A stretch of 43,395 nt of DNA from a virus (Duplodnaviria; Heunggongvirae; Uroviricota; Caudoviricetes), in the IMG/VR virus record IMGVR_UViG_3300028832_002797; one strand, given 5' to 3'. Numbering within the stretch: the stretch's first letter is position 1; each line of letters starts with the position of its first letter. Positions 35,264-43,353 of this stretch are shown here, piece by piece. The notes beneath the pieces are model-generated. The model made no database searches. It worked only from the letters and a program-made list of their open reading frames with translations, and had not been told where the DNA came from. Made by a program: the position numbers and the translations under genes.

Positions 35264-35404
35264 CTATTTCTCCGGCTTTCGCTTCTTCTTTATCTGAAGC
35301 TTTTTACGGACAGAAAGCGAACAGCTGTTACTGTTCTTCAAGTGTGTCACAAACATGTTTAATATTGTTGTGCTGTTCGCTTCTGTCCATAAACTTTTAA
35401 TCAT
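35264..35404 (-). CDS. Small basic hypothetical protein (46 aa)
   Basis: ATG 7 nt after a TTTACA-N17-TATATT promoter; the longer TTG start in the ORF track crosses a terminator. Confidence 0.5.
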   Translation of the reverse strand: MIKSLWTEANSTTILNMFVTHLKNSNSCSLSVRKKLQIKKKRKPEK

Positions 35405-35411
35405 AATTCTC

Positions 35412-35440
35412 AATATAGCATAAGGTTTTCGTTTTGTAAA
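35412..35440 (-). promoter_or_regulatory. Sigma70-type promoter TTTACA-N17-TATATT
   Basis: Drives the small ORF and the sigma gene. Confidence 0.75.
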
Positions 35441-35455
35441 CCCCTTTGGGCATAT

Positions 35456-35546
35456 AAAAAACCCCATGTGACCGAAATCACATGGGGCCAAACCAACTAC
35501 TTTCGTAGCAAAGGAGTCGTAACAATATGGCAAACAATCACGACAT
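35456..35546 (-). ncRNA. Candidate structured small RNA (about 90 nt)
   Basis: Own promoter (35552-35580), a 5' stem, a CUAC-GAAA-GUAG hairpin, and a strong terminator CCCCATGTGA/TCACATGGGG with a T-tract. Confidence 0.5.
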
Positions 35547-35551
35547 ATTAT

Positions 35552-35580
35552 AATATAGTAAATTGTTTTGCCTTTGTAAA
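35552..35580 (-). promoter_or_regulatory. Sigma70-type promoter TTTACA-N17-TATATT
   Basis: Same GGGGTTTACAAA context as the promoter at 35412-35440. Confidence 0.7.
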
Positions 35581-35600
35581 CCCCTTAGACGAAAAAATTT

Positions 35601-36449
35601 TTATACTGCCACGGGGAACTTAATTGTAGGATGACTCTGATAATCCTTCAATTCGAAATCGGTATATTTCCAATCCCAGATAGTCCAGTTAGGATCATCA
35701 GCATTGAGGATTTCGACTGACGGAGGTGTCATAGGCTCGCGCTGTAACTGCTCCTTCACACCATCGATCTGATTGACATAGATGTGGGAATCCGCAAAGA
35801 AACCAATAACCTTACCAGGCTTCATCTTCACCTGCTTGCAGATTAGAGTAAGAAGCATTGCATAAGAGGCCAAATCGTATGGCACACCGAGAGGGAAATC
35901 AGAGCTGCGCTGGTTCCACAACAGATCGACGTATCCTTCATTCGACAACAGCTGGAAACAGTAATGACACGGAGGCAAGGCCATCTGGTCTAACTGCTGT
36001 GGGTTCCATGCAGAAACAAGCATACGACGATCGTTCGGGTTGGTCTGTAACGTATGAATCACGTTTTTCAACTGGTTAATCCCTGAATCGTTAAAGTTGT
36101 TCCACTGGTAACCGTAGATTTTACCCAGGTCGTTTTCCGCAGCCATCTTGGCCTTGGTAGCTTCGTCGTTGCCGTAAGGAACCTTGGCGGGATTAGCCCA
36201 CTCATCCCAGATGTGACAATTACGTTCCTTAAGGAATTCTTTGTTGGCGATGCCCTTGATGAACATCTCGAGTTCGGCGCAGATGTTCTTGAGGCCCATC
36301 TTCTTGGTGGTAAGCAACGGGAACTTACCCGTAGACATGTCGAATTCAATCATTGAGCCGGAAATGGAAAGCGTGTCTACACCAGTACGGTTATGCTTGA
36401 GCTTGCCTTCCTTGAGAATCCTGCCGAGTATGTCAAGATACTGTTTCAT
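35601..36449 (-). CDS. thyA: Thymidylate synthase-family enzyme with an N177D-type substitution (possible dCMP methylase/hydroxymethylase)
   Basis: FPLLTTKK, IWDEWA, MALPPCH, QRSSDFPLGVPYD and DSHIY; Asp192 aligns with E. coli Asn177. Confidence 0.9.
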   Translation of the reverse strand: MKQYLDILGRILKEGKLKHNRTGVDTLSISGSMIEFDMSTGKFPLLTTKKMGLKNICAELEMFIKGIANKEFLKERNCHIWDEWANPAKVPYGNDEATKAKMAAENDLGKIYGYQWNNFNDSGINQLKNVIHTLQTNPNDRRMLVSAWNPQQLDQMALPPCHYCFQLLSNEGYVDLLWNQRSSDFPLGVPYDLASYAMLLTLICKQVKMKPGKVIGFFADSHIYVNQIDGVKEQLQREPMTPPSVEILNADDPNWTIWDWKYTDFELKDYQSHPTIKFPVAV

Positions 36450-36450
36450 A

Positions 36451-36966
36451 TTATTTCTCCATATTCTTAATCAGAGCTTCAATGAATCTCTGGTTGATGG
36501 TTTCATGGGATGCATAGTGATCGCCTTCGTTGACTTGAATCATCATCTTGTTCAGTTTCGATTCCTGGAACTTCTTGATAAAGTCTTCTTGTTCTTCCTG
36601 TCTACGATTGAAGTCATGGGACAATCCGTCATCCTGCATGATGCTAAAGTCTGTGGTGTATAAAAGAATAAAGATCGTGTTCTTCAGTTCGTCACGGTAT
36701 TCATCTTCCATGATGCGAACATAGCTTGGGTTGTAATCCCTGTAACGCGGTGCATAGATTAACTCATCCCAGTGTCCACGGTTAAATACTACATGGTCCT
36801 GGTATGCAAGTGTCATAAAGTAATCCAGGTACTGCGACTTAGACCATAACAGTGGATCCTTATCCTTTGGCGGTTTATTAAGGTGTATCTGCTTATAGCC
36901 GTTAAGTACACGTTCAATAAAGGTATTCTTGCCGATGCGATCGATGCCAGTAACTACGAAATTCAT
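36451..36966 (-). CDS. P-loop nucleoside monophosphate kinase-like protein
   Basis: VVTGIDRIGKNT and VFNRG.WDELIY; directly upstream of the ThyA-like gene. Confidence 0.7.
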   Translation of the reverse strand: MNFVVTGIDRIGKNTFIERVLNGYKQIHLNKPPKDKDPLLWSKSQYLDYFMTLAYQDHVVFNRGHWDELIYAPRYRDYNPSYVRIMEDEYRDELKNTIFILLYTTDFSIMQDDGLSHDFNRRQEEQEDFIKKFQESKLNKMMIQVNEGDHYASHETINQRFIEALIKNMEK

Positions 36967-38006
36967 TAAGACTGCTCCTTATAACTGTTATAGAGTTCAG
37001 TAAAGCTGTTATACAGTTCATCCTTGTTCAACGGTGTTTCCAGTTGGTCAAGGTATGTCTTGAACAGCGACATAATATTATTAAGTGTTTCACCCGCCAG
37101 TTCGACATCATCTGTCATGTCCTCAGAAGGAAGGATATTGATATTGACTGGGTAAGCTGGTTTCATCTTCTCCAGCTTATCAACCAGCGCGTAGATCTTC
37201 TTGGTCTGGTCAGATAGTTCGAACGGTATTTCCAAGTCGACAACATTACCCGTAATAACATTCATATCCACGTCAGGATATGTATGCTTAGTAAACTTGA
37301 TTGACTGTGTGTTCTCGTGAAGAACGTCTTCGTTGGTGTCCAGGTCTAATATGTGATAGCCCTTGGTGTCACCACGGTCTATACGAGTAAGCTGGTATGG
37401 CGAGCCGAGATACGTAATAGACTTTCCTTTCTCGTACTTCCTGGTATAGCCGTTATGGTAATGGCCTGAATAGACATGATCTATATGGTCAAGCAACGTG
37501 GAAGCCATGAGACCGGAATCCGAAAGTCGACCGCCCATGTTAAAGCCGATGATGTCTGCATGGCAGAAACAGTACTCGTGGTGGCCAGGTACAATCTCCT
37601 CGAACTTTGAGTAGTCAGTAATCCACGGCAACATGAGTATATTATGTCCGTCAAGATTAATCTCTGTCGGCTTCTCATACACGGTGACGTGTGGCATCAG
37701 GTCTAAAACCTTGAGGCTGTTGATCTCTGTCGTCGTGGTCATGTACATGTCGTGGTTACCGACTATGACATGTATGTCAAAATCCTTCAGCGTATTCTTA
37801 AACAGATCGATGACCACGTTGTCTGTCTGGACGTTGACAGCCTGTCGAGTATCGAAGACGTCACCCAATATGAACAGCTTAGTAATCCCTGAAGCCTTGA
37901 GTTCGGGAACCAGCTGGTCAGTAAAAAACTTAAGTTGTGAACGCTGGAACACTGAATCTGATTTTTTAATTCCGGCGTGCAAGTCTGCGATCAATGCTAT
38001 TTTCAT
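36966..38006 (-). CDS. gp47: Recombination nuclease subunit, T4 gp47/Mre11/SbcD-like
   Basis: ADLHAG, GDVFD, GNHD, CHAD and SGHYH. Confidence 0.92.
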   Translation of the reverse strand: MKIALIADLHAGIKKSDSVFQRSQLKFFTDQLVPELKASGITKLFILGDVFDTRQAVNVQTDNVVIDLFKNTLKDFDIHVIVGNHDMYMTTTTEINSLKVLDLMPHVTVYEKPTEINLDGHNILMLPWITDYSKFEEIVPGHHEYCFCHADIIGFNMGGRLSDSGLMASTLLDHIDHVYSGHYHNGYTRKYEKGKSITYLGSPYQLTRIDRGDTKGYHILDLDTNEDVLHENTQSIKFTKHTYPDVDMNVITGNVVDLEIPFELSDQTKKIYALVDKLEKMKPAYPVNINILPSEDMTDDVELAGETLNNIMSLFKTYLDQLETPLNKDELYNSFTELYNSYKEQS

Positions 38007-38100
38007 ATATGCTGTAAATGTAGTAAAATATTTGCGATAGTCTTATATAGTATATGTTATTATTCTGAGTTTTTAATCTATTAACAATCTATTCACATGT

Positions 38101-38274
38101 CTACTAACAATGCTAACATTTTATTCACACTGTTAGTATCTTGTTAGTAGATTATATTATATCAATTATATCAATCATATCAATTAGTATGATTACCAAC
38201 ACAATTTATTCGTAAAACAATAAACTGTCCGAAGGGAAATGCCTTTATAATTTTACGAATAAATTGTGTTGGTA
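38101..38274. repeat. Cluster of inverted and tandem repeats in an AT-rich intergenic region
   Basis: Perfect 24-bp inverted repeat at 38194-38217/38251-38274; hairpin at 38101-38150; ATATCAAT(T/C) x3 at 38159-38185. Confidence 0.75.
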
Positions 38275-38277
38275 TAG

Positions 38278-39573
38278 CTAAATTTTTTGATATTTTTTCT
38301 TTTTTCTATAAAGATACTGTGTTAAAGCATTAGTTAAGAGATTTTTCGGAATTAAATAAACACCGTTTTTAACCTCTAAACTGTTAACAAGTGCTTCGTT
38401 AGTAAGTGTATTTTTACGTGTTTTATAAACATGCTGCTTGCCCGTATCACTACGTTTCTTACGTATCTCCTTATGGTCTCTTTTATAGTAATCAAAGATT
38501 GTTCTCATCAACTGATCATTGCCTTCGGCTATATAACCTATCCTGTCATATACTTCGTCTAACGGTAAAGAATTAAGTTCATCCTTTACCATACGATAAA
38601 GGGCTGCGCCAGAATAATCCCTCGGAGTATATGTATATTTCTCAGGTTTATTAAGCTTCTTACATAAGTGTTTATAGAGATTGTCTAAGTCTTCAGTTAC
38701 CTGGTTATGCCATTCGTTATAGCATGCACGATAAATATTGTTACGGTTCTGCTTGAGGAATTCACCTGCGGCTTCATATTGCAGGGCCACGACAGAACAT
38801 ACCTTATTATAGACTTCAACATGCGTATATGCCCTGCGGTATAGTTTATTAAGCATAAGTGCATTGAATGTGGAAATCTTAACAATAAGATATAATATCT
38901 TTTGGCGTTGGCCCTGTTTGATGACAATACGGTCTCTAATCCATTGATTATTACGATATAAGAACTTATAGTAGTTCCATTCAAGTCGTGGATCATTGTA
39001 TGCGTGTTTACCCAACAGACGATTCTTTTCCTGTTGATTGATAGGCAGGAACGTTTCCTTGCTTATCTTGGTTGTTCTAGCCGACGGAATGTCTGCTGCG
39101 AATACGTCCTTGTTAATCCTGTACTTGGGGTCATCCAGCATGATACCAAAGTTGAGTTGGTACGGGGACTTAGTGCATTTGTCTACTGCAACGTCACAGT
39201 ATATTTCGAAATCAGTTAAGACTGACTCCATTTCTTTAATGGGTACAGGAACAAACAGTTCAAGGAATACCTTGCACTTCTTCGGATTACGCGAGCTTGA
39301 ATCGAACACATGACATGACTTGACGTCTAACGCATTGGTGATCTCTACTGTATGAGTATTAAGCCATTCACGTTTACCTTCTGGCAGGTCGTCAATATCG
39401 ACAATAATGAAATCCATCAACTCGTTATCGCCGATGTCCATTATGTGACCGGTCTGCCACAGATAGATATAGTCATAAAACCCGCCCTGGTGTAGTTTCC
39501 AGTGCAGGCGTTTACATTCAGACACCCAGTCAGGCTTATGTGTAAAGCTTTCCTTGGTATACTTGATGTTCAT
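38278..39573 (-). CDS. Hypothetical protein (431 aa), possible AEP/Rep-like N-terminal domain
   Basis: IIVDIDD, DSSSRNPKKCKVF and VDKC...YQLNFG resemble the AEP motif layout; basic C-terminus. Confidence 0.5.
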   Translation of the reverse strand: MNIKYTKESFTHKPDWVSECKRLHWKLHQGGFYDYIYLWQTGHIMDIGDNELMDFIIVDIDDLPEGKREWLNTHTVEITNALDVKSCHVFDSSSRNPKKCKVFLELFVPVPIKEMESVLTDFEIYCDVAVDKCTKSPYQLNFGIMLDDPKYRINKDVFAADIPSARTTKISKETFLPINQQEKNRLLGKHAYNDPRLEWNYYKFLYRNNQWIRDRIVIKQGQRQKILYLIVKISTFNALMLNKLYRRAYTHVEVYNKVCSVVALQYEAAGEFLKQNRNNIYRACYNEWHNQVTEDLDNLYKHLCKKLNKPEKYTYTPRDYSGAALYRMVKDELNSLPLDEVYDRIGYIAEGNDQLMRTIFDYYKRDHKEIRKKRSDTGKQHVYKTRKNTLTNEALVNSLEVKNGVYLIPKNLLTNALTQYLYRKKKKYQKI

Positions 39574-39815
39574 TATCTATTAAGCTGTTCGATGAATTCC
39601 TTTACAGATACGGGCTTGTCATCGATTCGGGGATCAACCCAGAACGAGACCGGATCACCAAAGCTGGTACGGTACTTGAACTTGAATCCTGTTCCCTTCT
39701 TGATGAATTCATCAGAACCTGATTCGTCAAATAAGTCTATTTCCTGATGTATAAAGTCCGATTGTTCAGTTAAGAGTCTGGCTTCCGCCATGGTCACCTG
39801 TTGCCAATTATTCAT
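39573..39815 (-). CDS. Hypothetical protein
   Basis: ATGA overlap with the gp46 stop. Confidence 0.7.
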   Translation of the reverse strand: MNNWQQVTMAEARLLTEQSDFIHQEIDLFDESGSDEFIKKGTGFKFKYRTSFGDPVSFWVDPRIDDKPVSVKEFIEQLNR

Positions 39816-41569
39816 TTTACCTCCAGGGTGCTAAATCCACCCGGCTTCTTGTCAATCTTGATTACGCTGTTAATCGCAATCTTCGGTTCAGTAAGTTTAT
39901 GCGATACAATATATATGCCAAGTTTCTTCTTCTTGTTTTCGTTCACGATATTGTATAAAGTCGAAAGGAACTGGTCAATGCCCGACTGGTCCACGCCGTT
40001 GTCGATCAGCTCATCAATAAAGATGATGTTGCAGCTCCAGTTGGAGATGATACGTGACGTGTTGAAGAAGCTGAGTAGGATGGACATATCGATTCGGCTA
40101 CGCTCGCCACCAGAGAACTGGTTATAGATTCGAGGATAACGACCCTTCATGATTAACACCTTCATCTGGTCGTCGAACGTAATCTTCACGGGTAGTTCAA
40201 ACTTCGTCAGGTAGTCATTGACGTTCTTGTTAAGGATTAAGATAAGCTTCTTGAAGAAATACTGTTTGATTCCTGTATCGCCGAGGATGTTCACGAGTTC
40301 AGTGTCAATATCAATCTTATGCTGATAGTCGCTGATCTCTTGCTCGACAGTCTCAAGCTGGGCAGAAAGAGTCTTAAGGTTCTCGTAGTATTCATCTAAG
40401 GTGATACTGCATTCCTTGTTCTCCTCAGTGGCCAAGCTTTCCTGCAACGTGGCGATCCTGCCAGTTAAATCCGTTACAAGATTCGATTCCTCGCGGAGTT
40501 TGGTCCTGATAGTCTCGACGAATTCCGACTTGCGTTTATAGTCTGCGTACTGTGTCTGATAGTCATTAATCCCTGCTGCTAACTGTGGGATTAACGATTC
40601 AGTAATATTCTTCAGCTCTACATTAAGCTGTTCGATATGTGCCTTGGCATGTCCTTCGTTCAGAGGAGAACCGCATATCGGGCATTCGTTCTTCGTAGAT
40701 AATCCTTTAAGAGTTTTCTCTATACGAGTTTTATCTGCATTGGCACCGCCGAGTTTCGTACTTAGCTGACCGTACACAGATGCGTCAGGTGCACTACCCA
40801 GTTCGTCCACGTGTTTCTCAAGCGCTTTCTGGCCTGTGGTCACGTTTTTCATGGCCTTAGTAAGTTTACCCTCTGCTTCCTCGATCTGCTGCTTGATGCG
40901 ATTTACCGCGGCTTCCTTTGTCTCATTGAAATTCGCGATGTACTTCTGCATATTCTCTATATAACGGTTATTGTCTTCGATGCGTCCGTTAATATGATTC
41001 ATCTCGTTGATTTTGAGCTGCTGGTTAGTCGCGTTGACCGTCTTGCGCTTCTTGACGTCCTTGCACATGAGTCCGAGGATGTCGATATTGAAAATGTTTT
41101 CGATTAACGCACGCTGATCGCCGATAGACATAGAGAGGAACGGCGTATTGTTGGTGACGTTCGTGGCCACAATGTTCTTGAAGAGTCTTATGTTGATGCC
41201 GAGGAGCTTATCAATCTCGTCCTGGTTAAGCTTCTTGGATGACAGTAGATCTAACTGCTGCCCGTTCTTCGTAATCTCCAGGAGGGTTGGCTTCAAGCCT
41301 CTCGCTATAGTATAGGAATCCTTTCCGAGGTTAAATGTCACTTCGGTATAAAGATCTTTTTCGTTAATCTCATTTATTAAGTTATTAAGCTTAATATCTC
41401 GGTATGGTTTGCCGAACAGACAGAACGTCAATGCGTCGAGGATGGTAGACTTACCTGAACCGTTGGCGGCAGTGACGATGTTAATCCCGTTATTAAAATC
41501 CAATTCGGTCATTTGGTTTCCATATGACAGGATGTTCTTAAATCTGATTTTCTTGAATTCTATGTACAT
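39812..41569 (-). CDS. gp46: Recombination ATPase subunit, T4 gp46/Rad50/SbcC-like
   Basis: FKNILSYGN, ANGSGKSTI, coiled coil with a CPIC hook, FSGGE and IFIDE; start revised to MYIEF. Confidence 0.93.
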   Translation of the reverse strand: MYIEFKKIRFKNILSYGNQMTELDFNNGINIVTAANGSGKSTILDALTFCLFGKPYRDIKLNNLINEINEKDLYTEVTFNLGKDSYTIARGLKPTLLEITKNGQQLDLLSSKKLNQDEIDKLLGINIRLFKNIVATNVTNNTPFLSMSIGDQRALIENIFNIDILGLMCKDVKKRKTVNATNQQLKINEMNHINGRIEDNNRYIENMQKYIANFNETKEAAVNRIKQQIEEAEGKLTKAMKNVTTGQKALEKHVDELGSAPDASVYGQLSTKLGGANADKTRIEKTLKGLSTKNECPICGSPLNEGHAKAHIEQLNVELKNITESLIPQLAAGINDYQTQYADYKRKSEFVETIRTKLREESNLVTDLTGRIATLQESLATEENKECSITLDEYYENLKTLSAQLETVEQEISDYQHKIDIDTELVNILGDTGIKQYFFKKLILILNKNVNDYLTKFELPVKITFDDQMKVLIMKGRYPRIYNQFSGGERSRIDMSILLSFFNTSRIISNWSCNIIFIDELIDNGVDQSGIDQFLSTLYNIVNENKKKKLGIYIVSHKLTEPKIAINSVIKIDKKPGGFSTLEVK

Positions 41570-41640
41570 ATGTGTTAAATATAGTAATTCCAGAAAATAA
41601 GTATTAAGTATTAAGACCATTTAATCTGGTAAAATAAAAA

Positions 41641-41664
41641 ACCCGGAACAATTAAGTTCCGGGT
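41641..41664 (-). terminator. Intrinsic terminator
   Basis: ACCCGGAAC-N6-GTTCCGGGT with a T-tract on the minus strand. Confidence 0.7.
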
Positions 41665-41689
41665 TTCTTTAGCGAGGTATGACAGAATT

Positions 41690-42439
41690 CTATTTGACCT
41701 GGCCGAGCTGACGGATGGCCTCAATCCTTTCGGTCTCGTTACGACGGAGCATCGTGGCGTACGTGCACTGAGGACGGAGACTATGGGATTCTTCCCAGGT
41801 GAGCCATGTCTTCGATACTTCATCGAAGTATTTCATGATCTCATCCTTCAACCATTTGTCTTTGAACTGGTTGCACGGGAATGCCGCGAGCTGGTAGCAT
41901 TTGCTGGAGTAGTAAGACGGAATACCCGGGTGACGTCCACTGGTTTTCCCGCCGAACTCAGCCCACCATTGAAGACGGAGTTCCTTCTTTTTCTTGATGA
42001 GACAGCCGTAGGGCTTGAAGAGTTCCTTGATTTCATTAAAGGTCATCTGTTCCTGGTCGAAGCGATCCAGACTCTTTTCAAGGTCGTCCTTGTTGGCAGC
42101 GACCATGAGTTTCGCAGTTGCAGCCTCCCAGAGTTCGGTAACACGGGGATCACAGTAGTCCACGAAGAATTGCCAGAAGTGCTTGGATTCAACGGTTTTG
42201 TACTTGTGATAGGCTTGACCGATGGTTCGAGCACCATACCCGAGGGAAGATTGCATCCAGTTGACAATCACGCGGCACATCTGATCCATCGTGTTGTAGC
42301 GTCGAATCATGAAGCGGCGCTTCTTATAGATGTACGTCTTTTCAACGTTATAGTCGTAGTGGTCCCACATCTGTCTCATGAACGCTTTCGTGTTTTCAGA
42401 GAAGCTGTTCCAGAGTTCTTTGAATTGTTTTTCTGTCAT
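41690..42439 (-). CDS. Hypothetical protein (249 aa)
   Basis: GAGG SD and an upstream promoter; Trp-rich. Confidence 0.75.
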   Translation of the reverse strand: MTEKQFKELWNSFSENTKAFMRQMWDHYDYNVEKTYIYKKRRFMIRRYNTMDQMCRVIVNWMQSSLGYGARTIGQAYHKYKTVESKHFWQFFVDYCDPRVTELWEAATAKLMVAANKDDLEKSLDRFDQEQMTFNEIKELFKPYGCLIKKKKELRLQWWAEFGGKTSGRHPGIPSYYSSKCYQLAAFPCNQFKDKWLKDEIMKYFDEVSKTWLTWEESHSLRPQCTYATMLRRNETERIEAIRQLGQVK

Positions 42440-42466
42440 GTGTCATTACCTCTTGCTTATATCTTT

Positions 42467-42495
42467 AATATAGAAAAATGCTTATCGCTTGTAAG
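42467..42495 (-). promoter_or_regulatory. Sigma70-type promoter CTTACA-N17-TATATT
   Basis: Matches the window-wide promoter consensus. Confidence 0.7.
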
Positions 42496-42507
42496 TCTTT
42501 TTTCTTA

Positions 42508-42684
42508 TTAAATTATTTTCAGCATACCACTGAGTTCGTCGTTGAGGATGTGGAGTCGGTCTTGCACTCGTTCCAGCTGCTGACGTGCCCTCGGCGTAGG
42601 ATTCGAGCGAAATTCGGTTTCAACGTCCGCCATGTCGTTCATGATCGTCTCCACGTTACGGTAGAGCTTTGTGCTGTTCTTCAT
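42508..42684 (-). CDS. Small coiled-coil hypothetical protein (58 aa)
   Basis: GGAGG SD and ATGA overlap; MKNSTKLYRNVETIM...MLKII; not in the ORF track. Confidence 0.65.
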   Translation of the reverse strand: MKNSTKLYRNVETIMNDMADVETEFRSNPTPRARQQLERVQDRLHILNDELSGMLKII

Positions 42685-42986
42685 AGTACCTCCAGTGTGT
42701 CTTCGGTTTGTTGGTTTACCATAAGGTTGCGGAAATGCAAGAGCATGGCTTCTGTTTCCATTGTACGTTCAACCCCGTCGTTGATACGGTATGCAAGGTT
42801 ATCATAACCGGTGCTGATGATAAGCGATCCTCCACCGGCTTGGTTAACACAGAACGCCAATGATTTGCCATTGGGATGTTCGGCATCACATACGCCACAT
42901 TGCACAGGTTCCGATATGGGCATATCCGGGTTTACCGTATATACCCTCGTGAACCCGCGCTTCTTATCTCTTTCGTAGATCTTCAT
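42681..42986 (-). CDS. Hypothetical protein with a CxxC motif
   Basis: GAGG SD; QCGVCD. Confidence 0.7.
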   Translation of the reverse strand: MKIYERDKKRGFTRVYTVNPDMPISEPVQCGVCDAEHPNGKSLAFCVNQAGGGSLIISTGYDNLAYRINDGVERTMETEAMLLHFRNLMVNQQTEDTLEVL

Positions 42987-42992
42987 GCTACC

Positions 42993-43271
42993 TCAGCTAT
43001 TCATTCGTTTTCTGAATTCCTTAAAGTCTTCAGATACTGGCATGAATTCACCATGAATGTAGACAGTTTTATCGTCGTCGCCGTAATAGAATCGCACGGT
43101 TTCTTGATACATATCAGATGACGTGACTCTTGCTTCGAGAGTGTTGTTCTCATTCCACTGGTCACTCAGCCAGTAGATATACATATCCGGTAAACGGCGT
43201 TCAATAAGTTTTTTAGTCTTATTGACATCATGTTTTTCAGACCAGGGTTTGCGACATTCGTAATAGGGCAT
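42993..43271 (-). CDS. Hypothetical protein
   Basis: GGAGG SD. Confidence 0.7.
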   Translation of the reverse strand: MPYYECRKPWSEKHDVNKTKKLIERRLPDMYIYWLSDQWNENNTLEARVTSSDMYQETVRFYYGDDDKTVYIHGEFMPVSEDFKEFRKRMNS

Positions 43272-43324
43272 AATTGCCTCCTTTTAGTTAGGGGTTATTA
43301 CGTTATCATCGCTCTCCGTATTAT

Positions 43325-43353
43325 AATATAGAAAGAGATATGGTCTTTGTAAG
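43325..43353 (-). promoter_or_regulatory. Sigma70-type promoter CTTACA-N17-TATATT with an overlapping hairpin
   Basis: -35 sits in the loop of the AGAGATATGG/CCATATCTCT stem (43334-43363). Confidence 0.7.

Noticed and set aside
35264-35533. 89-aa TTG-start ORF upstream of the sigma gene
   Set aside because: It crosses a strong terminator and a second promoter; ATG 35404 fits the leaderless promoter pattern better.
30847-36449. Introns or inteins in the helicase or ThyA-like gene
   Set aside because: Both ORFs are continuous and of normal length, with no intein or homing-endonuclease motifs.
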